Of a stretch of 64,000 bases of DNA, positions 1-12,578 are shown piece after piece (position 1 is the stretch's first letter; the number at the start of each line of letters is the position of its first letter). This DNA comes from Lytechinus pictus (taxonomy: Eukaryota). The position numbers and the translations under genes are program-made. The DNA lies in NCBI RefSeq assembly GCF_037042905.1, contig NC_087258.1:19902001-19966000 (forward strand), given 5' to 3'. The notes beneath the pieces are model-generated. The model saw only the letters and a program-made list of their open reading frames with translations, searched no databases and was not told where the DNA came from.

Positions 1-1587
1 TGAAATAATCGGTGAACAATATCAGCTTTGATAGCAAATATGAATAAGATCACACTGAATACTGTTTGACTATGTTGGCATGGTAACGGGCGGTAATTAC
101 AATGAATGGGAATGGTGTCCGAACGTCCGACTTCACCATTAACATGATTAATACATCAGCAAATTCATGGAAGATGAATGTTCCCTGTCACAATGCAATC
201 GAGGTCTGTACACAGAATTAATGCTTGAAAATGTGCGAGAAAAAAATATCCCATTCTTTGCTGTTTACAAATTGAATTGTGGCAGTGATATAGTCTCTAC
301 TCCGTCTCCATGGTCTCGAGTTCGTTTACTATGTCTTGTAGTTAACAACTTCATACCACAATGGGTTCCCATTTTAAATAGAAACACGAACCAACGCGGT
401 TTGTCTGATATTTATATACGTCTGATTCCTCGATGCATCGAGTCGAAAACAGTGAGGAAAAAAATTTCAGATCAGGATTATGTGCAAAGTTAACAATAAA
501 GAAATTGAGGTGAGTCTACCTTACAAAAGCTCGGAAACGAGACAACTTGCAATTTCTTCATCTTTCTCCTTCGCTATTTTTCTGCTTCCACGAGTCCTTG
601 ATATCAGGAAGTTGAAATTCTTGTGTGATCGATAAAAGATAACCTTGGTAAATCCAGGCTGTTCATATAGGTTTCTGAGATGAGTCTTCTATTTTGATAT
701 ATTCTGTTCAATTAACCAAACTTCATTTACTGATGTCATTGTTTCTGGTGATGGTCGAATCGCGCCGGGATCACGTAAAGATATTGATAGTTGAGGTCGC
801 GGAGAACTTCTTGATTGAATTTGAATTTTTTTACATGGTGGATCAAATTTGATTTCATTATGGATCAAGCAAGATATCACAAATCACGTTTAATTCACTA
901 ATGAGGGCATAATTATGTTTTTTTTCCTGAAATTATTATCATTTTCATTCTTCACTCTTCCTTCGACATATATTGTAACTAAAGAAAATGGGTCTCGAAC
1001 GAAACCTTTAAGGGTTTGATAATTTTCCACAAATTACATTACTCAAACGCTGAAAAAATAAGAGTATCCTGGGAGATATTTATGGAATTAGTTACATGAA
1101 TGATTTATATTTTCGCCACTAAAATCCCTTGCTGATCCTTTAGAAATATGTAAAATATAATGTTGATTTGCTTCTAGAGTACTTAGAAGTTGAACTATAA
1201 CAATATTGGAAGAGCACAGTTGTAGTATTATAAAATTAACTCTCTGTGATTGCCTCTCGCTATTTTTCCTTTCCCTTTTCTAGTTTTTGTTCCATTAGCT
1301 ATTTTCTCAAATGCTCCTTGATCAATCGCAGTAGGCTTGCACAGTTTGCTTTTATATTCAATTAAATTCGACCCATATTATTTGTTTGAAATAAAAAGAT
1401 AAAGTTAAACCCTAGCGATAGTTGGTAATTCATAATCTATTTATAATATTCTTGGCCGCGGAACAATTATTCATTAAGTTGTGTAATACAAAATATCACA
1501 TAAAGATAAAGACACGTATGTAAAGACAGCATTGTTGGTTATGCAAACGACAAAGTTTATCTTTTACATAACCAACATGCAATTGTA

Positions 1588-4500
1588 AGTCGCCCTGCGT
1601 GGCTGACATGGTTTTTGTGCTCTCTGAGCTGTGTATAATTTCTACTGTTTACATGTATTGTTTCTCATTAATAAGTGTACCAGATAGGTTTGTTATTTGT
1701 AAGGATACTTGTAGCCAAATTTGCAACTGTATCTTGCTTGTATTGATGAGATATTACTGGATGTTCTTGTACATGGTTTTGATTTGAGCTTGTAAATCTG
1801 TAAGCCATTTTGTACATGTGTATTATATGTCCAGCTATCACCATTCAAGGTCGCTCAACTTGAACGGACAGTTTCTATCTATTGAACGCCTGCATTTGAA
1901 GCACAATGGAGCCATTGACAATGTGCCTATTCACTCTCACTGTGTTAGCTTTTCAAGTGTCAACTGCAAGTCTATACCTTGTGAAATTGAATACAATACA
2001 GGACACCCAGCTAAGGAGATTCACTGTAAGTACTCAAAACTTCGAGTATCTTATTACTACAATTCGTCTGCAACATTTAAGCTCAAGATACTTCATTCTG
2101 GCGATGTTAGTCCTAATCCTGGACCAACTAGTGAATACATCACCAGATGTCGTAGTGTTCCTATTCAGTGGAACTCCGACGGAACTAGAGAGCGTATTAA
2201 GTACGACAGGTCGATTTTGCTACGAAGCAATCCTGCGTGGGCCAATTTGAATCCAATGACTTATAATTATGACTTGTCAAGGATTGTTCATAAAACTTCA
2301 AAGAACAGAGGGAAGATTCATCCCGTTGTATGGAGGAACATCAAGGAGTTAGGCATCCAGGCTCATCTTCCAGGAAAGAATAGATCGAAAAAGAATAGAG
2401 TAAGAACACAGACCGATACCAACATCACATCTTTTGATCCACCTAGTTGTATTCCTTCACCTATACCGGTTGTTATATCAAGGCAAAGGAAACCAAAGTC
2501 TCTGGTTTCAAGAGAAATCAATTGTGATAATCTTAAGGCAGTGCCTATTGTATGTAGCTCTGTAGTACAATCCAATAATAATGTATGTCTATGGAATGCA
2601 CATTCTATTCGTAACAAATCAACCGAGATAACAGAGTATGTACAAGAATATGATGTTGATATGTTGTTTATTACCGAAACATGGTTAAGTGAAACAGATG
2701 ATGTAGTGATTGGTGAGTGTACACCACCAGGTTATACATTCATAAGTTCTCCTAGAATCTCTAGTACTCGAGGAGGTGGTATCGGCGTATTGTTCAAAAC
2801 ATCATTAAAAATGAAGAAGAAGAATGATGTATTCGTTTCTTCAACTTTTGAATATGCCCATATTACAGATATCTCAGGCTCAGTTCATTTTATTGTCGTG
2901 TACAGACCTTCTCCTTCAACTGTGAACATGTTATCTCTGTCAGATTTCCTTGCAGAAATTGATGAATTTATTACAGAAACTTCTCTGATTCCAGGAAAGT
3001 TAATAATAATGGGCGATTTTAATGTACATTGGGAAAATGCATTAAAGAATGATGTCAAACACATTATGAATACTGTAAGCGCTGCTGGGCTGGTACAGCA
3101 TGTCCAGGGCCCGACCCACATCCAAGGTCACACCTTAGATCTTATTTTTACTCGTGATGATGCTTTCTTATTTGATTGTCATACGCTAGAAATGTGTTCA
3201 TCAGACCATTACATGATTTATTTCTCCTTAAGAAAGCAGAAACCCAAGCCTAGTTTGATTACAGAGACCTTGCGCAATTATTATCGCAAGTTAGACAAAG
3301 TAAGGTTCATGAATGCATTGGAGGAATTAGTATCGTTAAGACCACTTGATTATGATTGTGATGCACTTTTTTATTGGTATAGTGTTGAAATCACTAAAAT
3401 TTTGAATGATCATGCGCCACCCAAAACAAGAACCTGTGCTCCAAAGTCGCGCTCTCCCTGGTTCAATGAGTCTACACTTGTTGCCCGCCAGCAACGCCGT
3501 CAAGCGGAAAGAAAATTGCGCAAAACAAGGCTAGATTCGGACCGAAAACTATTTTTGGAGCAAAATGATAATGTTAATAAGGTCATTAGTGTCGCTAAAG
3601 TGAATTACTTCTAAGAGAAATTGAGCTCTTGTGATAGTAAGGAAGTTTATCCTATCATTTATTCTCTTCTGAATAAGAAATCTGGTCATCTACCTATACA
3701 TGACTCAGCATCTTCTTTGAGCTCACAATTTTCTCAATTTTTTGTGGAAAAGGTAAGGAAGATTAGAAAAGATATTGATGCTCTGAATGTTTTCCCTGAC
3801 ACTAGGTTTGTTGATTCAGTTGATGAAACTATTCCACTCTTTGAAAGCTTTCAATCATATACTCAATCTGACGTGTCCAAGCTTATTATGAATTTCACTA
3901 ACACATCCTGTATGTTAGATCCCATCCCGACATGGCTTCTAAGAGATAATCTTGTGCAGTTATTGCCATTAATCCCTGACATTATTAATATCTCTCTATC
4001 TACAGGTAGTTTCCCTTTAGGAGCACATTCATCAATTGTTAGACCCCAGTTGAAAAAGCCGAATCTGGATCAAAATGAACTTTCAAACTACAGACCAGTT
4101 TCTAATCTCTCTTTTCTTGCTAAACTCATTGAAAAAGCAGCTTGTTCACAACTAGTTCAACGCATCGAAAGCAATAATATGTTTGATTCTGTTCAATCTC
4201 CTTACAGGTCGCATCATAGCACAGAGTCGGCACTGGTTAAAGTTAAAAACGATATCATGTTTTCCCTTGACTGTAACAGAGTTGTTTTGATCACACTTTT
4301 AGATTTATCTGCTGCTTTCGACACGATTGACCACAAAATTCTTTTATCTCGTCTTTACAGCAGAATAGGTGTGAGATCTACAGCTCTGTTATGGTTTGAG
4401 TCATACCTCACAGGATGGTCCTCCAGAGTTAACATTACTGGTGAACTATCTAAACCCACTAACCTTGATTTTGGTCTTCCTCAAGGTTCGGTAGTAGGCC

Positions 4501-5539
4501 CCATCGGGTATTCTATATACACCCTACCAGTTAGTAACATTATTACACATCATTGTATCAACTACCATCTTTATGCCGATGACACCCAATTGTATATTTC
4601 ATTCAATCCGAAAATCCCAGGAGATTTAGTTGTTGCTATGTTTCGACTTCAGAACTGTATTTTAGATATTAGAAACTGGATGACAGTTAATAAATTAAAG
4701 TTAAATGACTCAAAAACAGAATTCTTCATAGCGGCCTCTCCACACAACCTACGCAATCTGCCAGATCTAAAGTTAATAGTTGGCGATATATCCATAAGCC
4801 ATTCAGTTACTGTTAAAAATCTTGGTGTAATTTTTGATAGAGAAATGTCAATGGTGGACCGTGTTTCTCAAATATGCACTACTGTAACTTTTCATTTAAG
4901 GAATATTTCTCGAATTAGAAGATATATTACTCAATCGGCCTGTAACAATGCAATTCGTTCTCTAGTTCTGTCCCGTTTAGATTACTGCAATGGTCTTCTC
5001 TCTAACATCCCCATTACTCAAGTAGATCGCATTCAAAGGCTTCAAAATTGGGCAGCTCGAATAATTTATCAAGTAACAAGATACCATTTCTCTAAACCAC
5101 TCCTTGAATCGTTACACTGGCTTCCCATACGACATCGTATAGTTTTTAAGTTACTTTTGTTAGTTTTTAAGTCTCTTAATAAGCAGGCACCTTTATGTTT
5201 GCGTGATTGTTTGACCCTATACACCCCTTGCAGGAATGTACGATCCTCCAGTGACCCATTCCGTCTCACATATAAAATCACTAAGAAACTGGCTGGAGAT
5301 TGGACTTTTACCATAACCGCTTCAAAATATTGGAATCGCTTACCTTTTACTCTTAGACAATCACCATCTGTTGCTTCATTTAAAAAGGGACTTAAAACAT
5401 TTCTTTTTTCCAATCCAGATTTTTAGGATTGTAAGGTTTCATTTTTATAGTTGTACTAATTTCTTTTTCTTGTTGTAAGCGCTTTGGGTCATTATGGGAA
5501 AAGCGCAGTATATAAATAATAATAATAATAATAATAATA
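1588..5539 (+). mobile_element. Full-length non-LTR retrotransposon (CR1 group, L2/Crack-like), single ORF, (AAT)n tail
   Basis: 11-bp direct repeat ATGCAATTGTA at 1577-1587 and 5540-5550; (AAT)n tail about 5516-5540; 3' AAGCGC...AAGCGC-type end; APE and RT coding sequence inside. Confidence 0.92.
1608..5426 (+). pseudogene. LINE APE endonuclease + reverse transcriptase ORF interrupted by two in-frame stops (TGA 1785-1787, TAA 3612-3614)
   Basis: ORFs 1599..1787, 1818..3614 and 3621..5426 share one frame. APE motifs LWNAHSI, ITETWL, GDFN, SDH; RT motifs PQGSVVGP, YADDTQLY; C-terminal LHWLPIRHRIVFK typical of the L2/CR1 group. Confidence 0.9.
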
Positions 5540-6362
5540 ATGCAATTGTACTTTTAAAGTACAATTGATCAAAAAGGGGACAATTGTAAACGATTGATAA
5601 ATAAGAAACTAATTTGATTCGTGATTTTATTCTTGTCTATATGGAACTTATCATTAATGATAAAGAAATATGAGAAAAATTTACAAAAGCATGTATACCG
5701 ACAAAACGATGGCAGTGGAGATAATGGAAAAGGTAACATCGTACGATTTATGTAATAGAGATCAGTTTGACCAAAAAAAATAAATATATATTTTATGCAC
5801 GAACATCAAAGGGTCAGATATTAAATATAAATGTAATGCATTTTCGTATACTCATTACTGAAATAATTCAATTAAGTTGAAATGTACGTAATTCTTCTGT
5901 GTTGTAATTGTCTTCACGATTTCAACAATCTGTAAATGAGCCCGCCATTTGCAGATGGATTTTACATTTCGACTGGTGGTATTTTCATCCTTTTGATCGT
6001 AATAACACAAGCAAAACATAATTATCAAGAAACGAAAGCATTTCAAAGCTAGTGACAAACACCTATCATCCAAAAGTGTACAATTGCGTAATAATTAAAG
6101 AATATGATCTTCTCTGCCATTTTCTGCCGGTTGAGATTGGAAAATTGTATTTCTCTTTGACGATCATGTAGGCCTATTTCTATTTTTTCCTCACTTATTC
6201 CCCATCATGCATGCATGGCGATCATGATGATCATTAATTGCTACATAAATGTAACCTAAATGATAATGTCAGCTCGGCTCTTTACTTCCCACCCCCTCCC
6301 CCCATATTGCCCCTCTTTTCCAATATTTCGTCTTCTTCTTTCAACTGACAAAATAAAGCCAA

Positions 6363-7823
6363 CACTCTTAAAATGTTGGGCAACAAAATGTCCACACAAC
6401 AATTAGTTAAAAAATTATTCAACTATAGGTAGTTTTCAACCAATAATGTGTAGTTTTCACCCAAAGCACACACTATTGGTTCAAAACTACCCAGAATTGG
6501 ATGAAGTTTGAACCAATTGTTGTGTAGACAGTACAGGGGCGGCGATCGGGGGCACACTTTTTGAACCACTGAAAAAATCCCCCAGTTTTACGCAAGAAAA
6601 CAGCCCCCTCACGAACGTGTACTGCGCCACATTCATCGGAAGAGGACCGATTAGGTGTTACCAAGTGCCCTTTTTCGTATAAGTGCCAATTAAAAAAAAA
6701 ACTCACGGACGTGTTCTGTGCCCTTTTCATCTAAGAAGTACTCGTTTTTATGTGTGAGCAAGTGCCATATCTCGTATCAGTGCCAATTAAAAAATCCCCC
6801 TCACGAACGTGTTCTGTGACCCTTTCATTTGAAAAGAACCCGGTTTATGCCGTTAGCAAGTGCCATTTTGCCATCTCATAGGTGCCCTTTCTCGTATCAT
6901 TGCCCCTTTTTACCCAAAGAAAGTGCCCTTCACGAACGTGTTCTGGCCCTTTGACATGAGAAGGACCTGTTTTATGTCTGAGCAAGTGCTCCCTTGCTTT
7001 ATTGTAAGTAAATCAGTGCCCCTTTTTGCCCAAGAAAAGTGTCCCTTATGATTATCTCCTGTACGCCCCTTTCACCTGACAGGGATCCTATTATGCCGTT
7101 AGCAAGTGCCCCTTGGCCTTCTTATTGGTGCCCTTTTTCTCGTATCAGTGCCCCTTTTTACCTAACAAAAGTGCCCCTCCCCCACGAACGTGTTCTGTGC
7201 CCCTTACACATGAGAAGGACATGTTATGTGGTGTTAGCGAGTGTCCTTTTGCCTTCTCATAGGTGCCTATACTTCATATCAGATGTGATATGTCCTGAAA
7301 AACCGCTCTTTTCAAGCCCGACGAGCGCCCGGTTTCTTTATTTAGCGCCGTTCTGCTTCCTTCTGCAAGTGCATAATGAATTTAAAAAAAACACATGTAA
7401 AAAGGATTCTACGTGCCTTTTAAAAGTTTCATGAGTCATGATGTGAGTGGGGTAGTTAAGTCAATTTTTTCTATGTTTTAAGATCATGGCCGTACGCAGC
7501 GTGATTTTGAAAACTCACCTTTTTTTACTGCAGATTTTCACAAAATTCACCAAAGTATGCACAAAATCAATCAATTTCACTCGACAAAATGCAAAATCGC
7601 CTCAATGATAAGCTCAGTCGCTTCGTTCCCTCGCTTTCAAGTTTTTTTTCCAAAAAGTTTACGCATTTTGCCCATACCCCAGCGAAAAAATTCTGCATAT
7701 GGCCATTTTTAAGATAGTGCCCTTTTCGAAATAAATGGTGCCCTTTTTTCCCTGTGCCCCCCCCCCTTTAAAATTCGCTCCGCAGCCCCTGGGACAGTAT
7801 GTTGCCCATAATTTTTAAGAGTG
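6363..7823. mobile_element. Palindromic MITE (CACTCTTAAAA...TTTTAAGAGTG) split by a nested insertion
   Basis: Left arm gggcaacaaaatgtccacacaacaatt pairs with the right arm rebuilt across the insertion (aattgttgtgt-agacagta-tgttgccc). Confidence 0.7.
6534..7791. mobile_element. hAT-like non-autonomous element with internal GTGCCC-rich tandem subrepeats
   Basis: TIR CAGGGGCGGCG / CGCAGCCCCTG; 8-bp TSD AGACAGTA (6526-6533) / GGACAGTA (7792-7799); recurring cacgaacgtgttctgtgccc units. Confidence 0.8.
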
Positions 7824-9978
7824 AGCGCATGTAATTTCCTACGAATTTCCTTAAATCATTAAACATTTGTTTTTTCTTAATACCACATAGAATAAGCAAT
7901 ATGTTTCATTTTCTTCATAAATCTCACAATCCGCTATTGATAACAACACGGATGCCTATAACTTCCAGTCTGCCATTCGTGACATCATCTCGCATGATTT
8001 ACAATGTGTTTCTCGTGAATTTAGGGGCGTTATTGTGTAATTTTCTATTCATTGCGTAACGTTTATTTTCTATTCTTGTCATGCAGCATGCCCCCCCGGG
8101 GGGGGGGGCAGATTTCACATTATATGCGACTGTACCTGATTTTTTATAGGCTTCCTATATTGCTAACAGGCGTGACAAAGCTATATGTTTGTGGAAGCGC
8201 AATGATTATTACTTTTTAAATGTATATCGTTGTACTTAGAGGGCAATGTGTTCAAATCCTGTCAGTATTCGCTCGCTATGAAACTTACCCAAGCAATGAT
8301 GGGTTTTATTACAACAAAACTGAGTGTTTCGTTATATCCACCAAACTACTGTATATCATTTTCTACTCATAAATATAAACGCAAAGGAACTATTCAGACG
8401 ACAAAGGGCCTGTAACTAATTTTGGATATACATTATTTTTCTGGTTAAACGTCACCTTATAGCAGTGGCGTGGCGGATCAAGCTGTGGCAATAGGGGGTG
8501 GGCGGAAACATATTTTCATCCACATCTCTGATCGGCATCTAAAAGCTAATTTTTGCTTTTTTGGGTGGGTATATAGTTAACTAAAGTATTACGTCCATCT
8601 TAGATGTATTCTTACGAACAAGATATTGAGGCTATACAGCGCGTCCCATAAAAAATGTCCCTCTGATATGCGGCTAAATTACTTCCAAAAATAAAAATTA
8701 TTCTCAATGAAATGTATCGAACTAGGAAGTCCATCTCATGTTCTAACTTCTATAAAAATTTCATTGGTCTCGCTTCAGTGGTTTTGAATACACAGCCTAT
8801 GAAACAGTGGTGCTTTTCAGCCCATTCCAAGTTTGCATGCATGCAGCACTGCTTTGGGTTCTGCACTTTCTCGCATATCAACCCCTTTTGACCATTCTGA
8901 CCAAGGAGTTATCACCTCTATCTCCTTGTTCTGACCAAGGAATTCCCTGATCTGACCAGGGAAATCTCCATGATCTAACCAGGCTCATCAAATCACAACC
9001 TTGAGCATGTTCAGAAGGGCAAAAACAGTATTTGACAGTTCATTGCATGTTTGATAACTGGAGATCCGGGGGGGGGGGGCACTTTCATTGACGAGTGGAT
9101 ACCATGCGCGACCAAAAAAACACGTAAAAAGGATGTCTTTTTCAAGATAGGGCACGTTACGTACGTAACGTAATAAGGGTGTCAAAAACTCTAAAATATT
9201 GAAAAAAGGGTATCTATTTTCGCTAGGAACTACGTGTTTAGGGTCTAATTTGCGAGGGTGTAAAAAATTAAGACTAAAATGTTTTTATAAAGGATGTACT
9301 TTTTCCCCAAGAGTCAACACGACGTGTTTAGAGTTTAGTGACATGAAAAATGTTCTTAATTATTTTCCAAGTCTTCCCCTCATCTTATTTTATTCACTTG
9401 TCTTCTTCCTCTTTTGTTTCCCCCTTCTTTTTTCTCCTCTCTCTTCCCTTCTTTTTTCTTTTTTTCCTTTCTTTCCCCTTTTTCCCCCTTTTTTTTGCTC
9501 CGCCAATAGGGGGGGGGGGCCGGGCCCCTCGGGCCCCCCTGGATCCGCCTATGAGATTAATAAAGATATTACAATTTTAAGTTCTTGACTTGTGACGTCA
9601 TAAATGAGCAGCGGCCCCATATTTAAATGTTATATAAAATGCATAAAGTTAATTTTATTAATGGTTCATAACGACTAATCTTTTTTTAGGAATGGATGTG
9701 AAATGATTTGTCTGTTGAATTAGTGAAGGTACAATAAAAAAAAAAATTGGAAAAATTACATTACTACACGACATATGGAGAGGCTGCTCGCATACGACGT
9801 CACTAAAAAGAATTCTAGTAAATCTTTTAATCTTTGATGGAATCTCCTCAAACCTTCACCAATATATTTTTTTGCATTATATATTTTCTGTATTTTTCTT
9901 GAGACACGCGAATAACAAAATTCTTCCCACAAAAATACTTTGAAATGGTCACAAAGAAAGCTTAACCACAGTACCTCT

Positions 9979-12228
9979 GGCTTGTTATAATCACTCGGGT
10001 CGCGTTCGCGTTCGAAATCACTCGGGTTTTGGATTTTTAGCGATTTTTTTTATTTCGATGCGATTTTTTTTTCTAACGGTGTCTTCAATGGGACAAACAC
10101 GCTGGGAAAATAAAATGAAATTCAAATTCTAGTTTCGTTTTAAGCCGGCAAGTGCCTTAAATAAAAGGCACTCGCCTACTGCTTAACATAACAAACAAGC
10201 AAATCAGCCATGTGGCTCAACTATCCTAGAATACATCCAGACTTCTCCTGTTTTTATACGAGGACTCCGAGTCGGAACTTGCCATATCTGCCACATCGAT
10301 ATTACATCGTCATTCCCATGTACGGACATGTATGCCTGCATGCAATGGCCCCAAGGCGGGACCCGGCCACGGTCGGACACGGCGTGCATCGGTAGCATGG
10401 AGCAAGGTAACGTGAGTCCAGCCGAGTTAGATCCCACGTTACAGTGCCAGTCAGTCTGCAGCTCGTCCAAAAGTATTTTATTCAGCGGTATGCATAGCCA
10501 GCCATCCGTGGTTTAATGCATATATACGTAATTAGACCAAAAGCTTCGGTCTCCAGTCTGTAATGTTCGTTGTTCCGCTGAACTCCATTAGCTCCACTCA
10601 CCAATACAGAGACCGAAGTTCTAGCTCGATCTGTACAGGGACTCAATGGCCATATGTTTATGCATTAAGTTCCAATAAAACGGGGAAGTGAAGTTGCGCG
10701 ACAGCCGAAGCAATTAGTTACTGTTTTTCCCCTTTTAAGTTTATTTTCTCTTTTTTTGGTGCATTTTAGAACAAAACGGAATAATAATATTTATTTGATA
10801 CAGTTCTTTCCATATATTTTTATGAAATAAAGACAAAAATCGATGAGCGCCGTCTGGGGGATTTTGCATTGTTAACCCCGTCATGATGGTTGCACCATAG
10901 CGAGCCGTCTGTGTACGAGGAGAAATAAAAATGTTAAAAAACTCGAAACAGACGGCTGCCAGCTGTCTAATACGTAATGAGCTTTGAGGACGATCTTTCC
11001 GATAGGCGTTTTAAAATTCTGCTCTTAACTATTGTCCATTTAAAATGTGTCTTATTTTATAGATAAAATGGCCATATCATGTTTTAAGTAACTGGAGAGT
11101 AACTGGAGACCTAAAAAATTCCCTACCTAAATTCTCGAAACATTGCATTAGGTGATGTGCTTAATTGATCTTCTTTGTGCTCGCGTGCCAAACGTATACG
11201 TTGAGCTGAACGGGGATCAGTCTCTCTCTCGATCTGTCTCTCCTACCTTTCCGAAATTAAAACGGTCCTTCGATCGGACATAGTTATTTAGACGCAGGAC
11301 AAATAACGCTCTGACAACCAAACTAACTTTTCGTCAGCATCAGTAAAAATGTGAATGGGCTTTTAAAAACTAATACTAAAACTGATCTAAAATTGATCTT
11401 AGATCGATTTTGAAATTGATTTTGGAAATCGATTTAAAATTAATTTTAAATTTTAAAATCGTAATTGTACCTGTTCTAATTAACCGATTTTAAAATCGGC
11501 TCCCGATTTTACCCGATTTTACCACAATCGGCGCGATCACCTGCCAATCTTCGATCATGCCCCTTGAAGGAAAAATCGGATATAAAATATCGGCGTAGAT
11601 CTAGTTACAGTGCGTGATCGTTCAGAACATATATACATAAGATTTTTTTGAGGTGCTAGCTATTTAGAGGTCGCATTAATCAGGGAGAAGGACGCAGTAT
11701 TATCTCTGACGATGTTTACGAGGATAGATATCTTCTCTTCAACCTCGTGGTGATAGCGGACGCCGCCGTGAAATTTTAAAGGTCGTATTATCGACGGACA
11801 TCACTGCACTACTCTCTTACCTCCTATATGATGATAGACACTTCTCTTCAACCTCGTGGTGATAGCGGACCCCGCTTCTTTTATATTTGTTCTTGGTTAT
11901 CAAAAGTTAATTTCTGAAGATAGTAATAAATTGATTTGAAAACGTTACCTCCCCTAAGCATTTCAATAACATGTTCCGAATCATCGCGCGTGCTTGCGAC
12001 TTCTATTACATTTTAATTGCACTTCCGCCTTTAAGATGATGCATTTTATTTAAGGCATTTGCTGGCTGAAAACGAAACTAGAATTTCAATTTCATTTTAT
12101 TTGCCCAGCGTGTTTGTCCCATTGAAGACACCGTTAGAAAAAAAATCGCATCGAAATAAAAAAAAAAAATCGCCAAAAATCCAAAACCCGAGTGATTTCG
12201 AACGCGACCCGAGTGATTATAATAAGCC
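9979..12228. mobile_element. Non-autonomous DNA transposon with ~190-bp TIRs, GG...CC ends and 8-bp TSD (Merlin-like)
   Basis: TIR GGCTTGTTATAATCACTCGGG... / ...CCCGAGTGATTATAATAAGCC; perfect TSD GTACCTCT at 9971-9978 and 12229-12236; no transposase ORF; superfamily inferred from termini and TSD only. Confidence 0.8.
10533..10969 (+). mobile_element. TAGAC...GTCTA element with 9-bp TSD (AcademH-type non-autonomous), copy 1
   Basis: TSD ATACGTAAT at 10524-10532 and 10970-10978; homologous in inverted orientation to 18661-19106. Confidence 0.8.
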
Positions 12229-12252
12229 GTACCTCTGGGTTGACTTGCTAAG

Positions 12253-12372
12253 TGTAGAATCACTCGGAATAAACAGATCATACAAGGGTAGTAGTACGGT
12301 TTGTTGTGTGACTTTACTCCGTTTCACTGTACATGTGTTAGTCTTCAATCAAGTCGTTATAATATTCCCACA
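12253..12372 (-). repeat. 3' LTR (120 bp)
   Basis: Identical to 16565-16684. Confidence 0.97.
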
Positions 12373-12578
12373 TCTCCCCCCAAGCTTATTAACAGTCCAG
12401 AGTTCCACAAAGTTCCAATTAATTCCAGAGTCCAAAAACTTAGTCCAAAATATTCCAAAGAAAGATCCGGCTATAGAGTTCACTGATAAGTTTCTTGAAA
12501 ATGTTCTTTCAGTCTGAGTCCAGTTCTGTTTTAATTTCAATATTAACTATCCCAATATTACTGTCCAAAATCTTTAGT

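Noticed and set aside
167-880. ORFs 167..493 (+) and 689..880 (-)
   Set aside because: No recognisable domain or consistent exon chain
3612-3620. ORF1/ORF2 boundary or programmed readthrough in the LINE
   Set aside because: The stop falls in the APE-RT linker of what is normally one ORF, so a nonsense mutation is the simplest reading
12188-12267. AATCACTCGG shared between the Gypsy LTR and the neighbouring TIR
   Set aside because: A single 10-mer match is plausible by chance and has no mechanistic support
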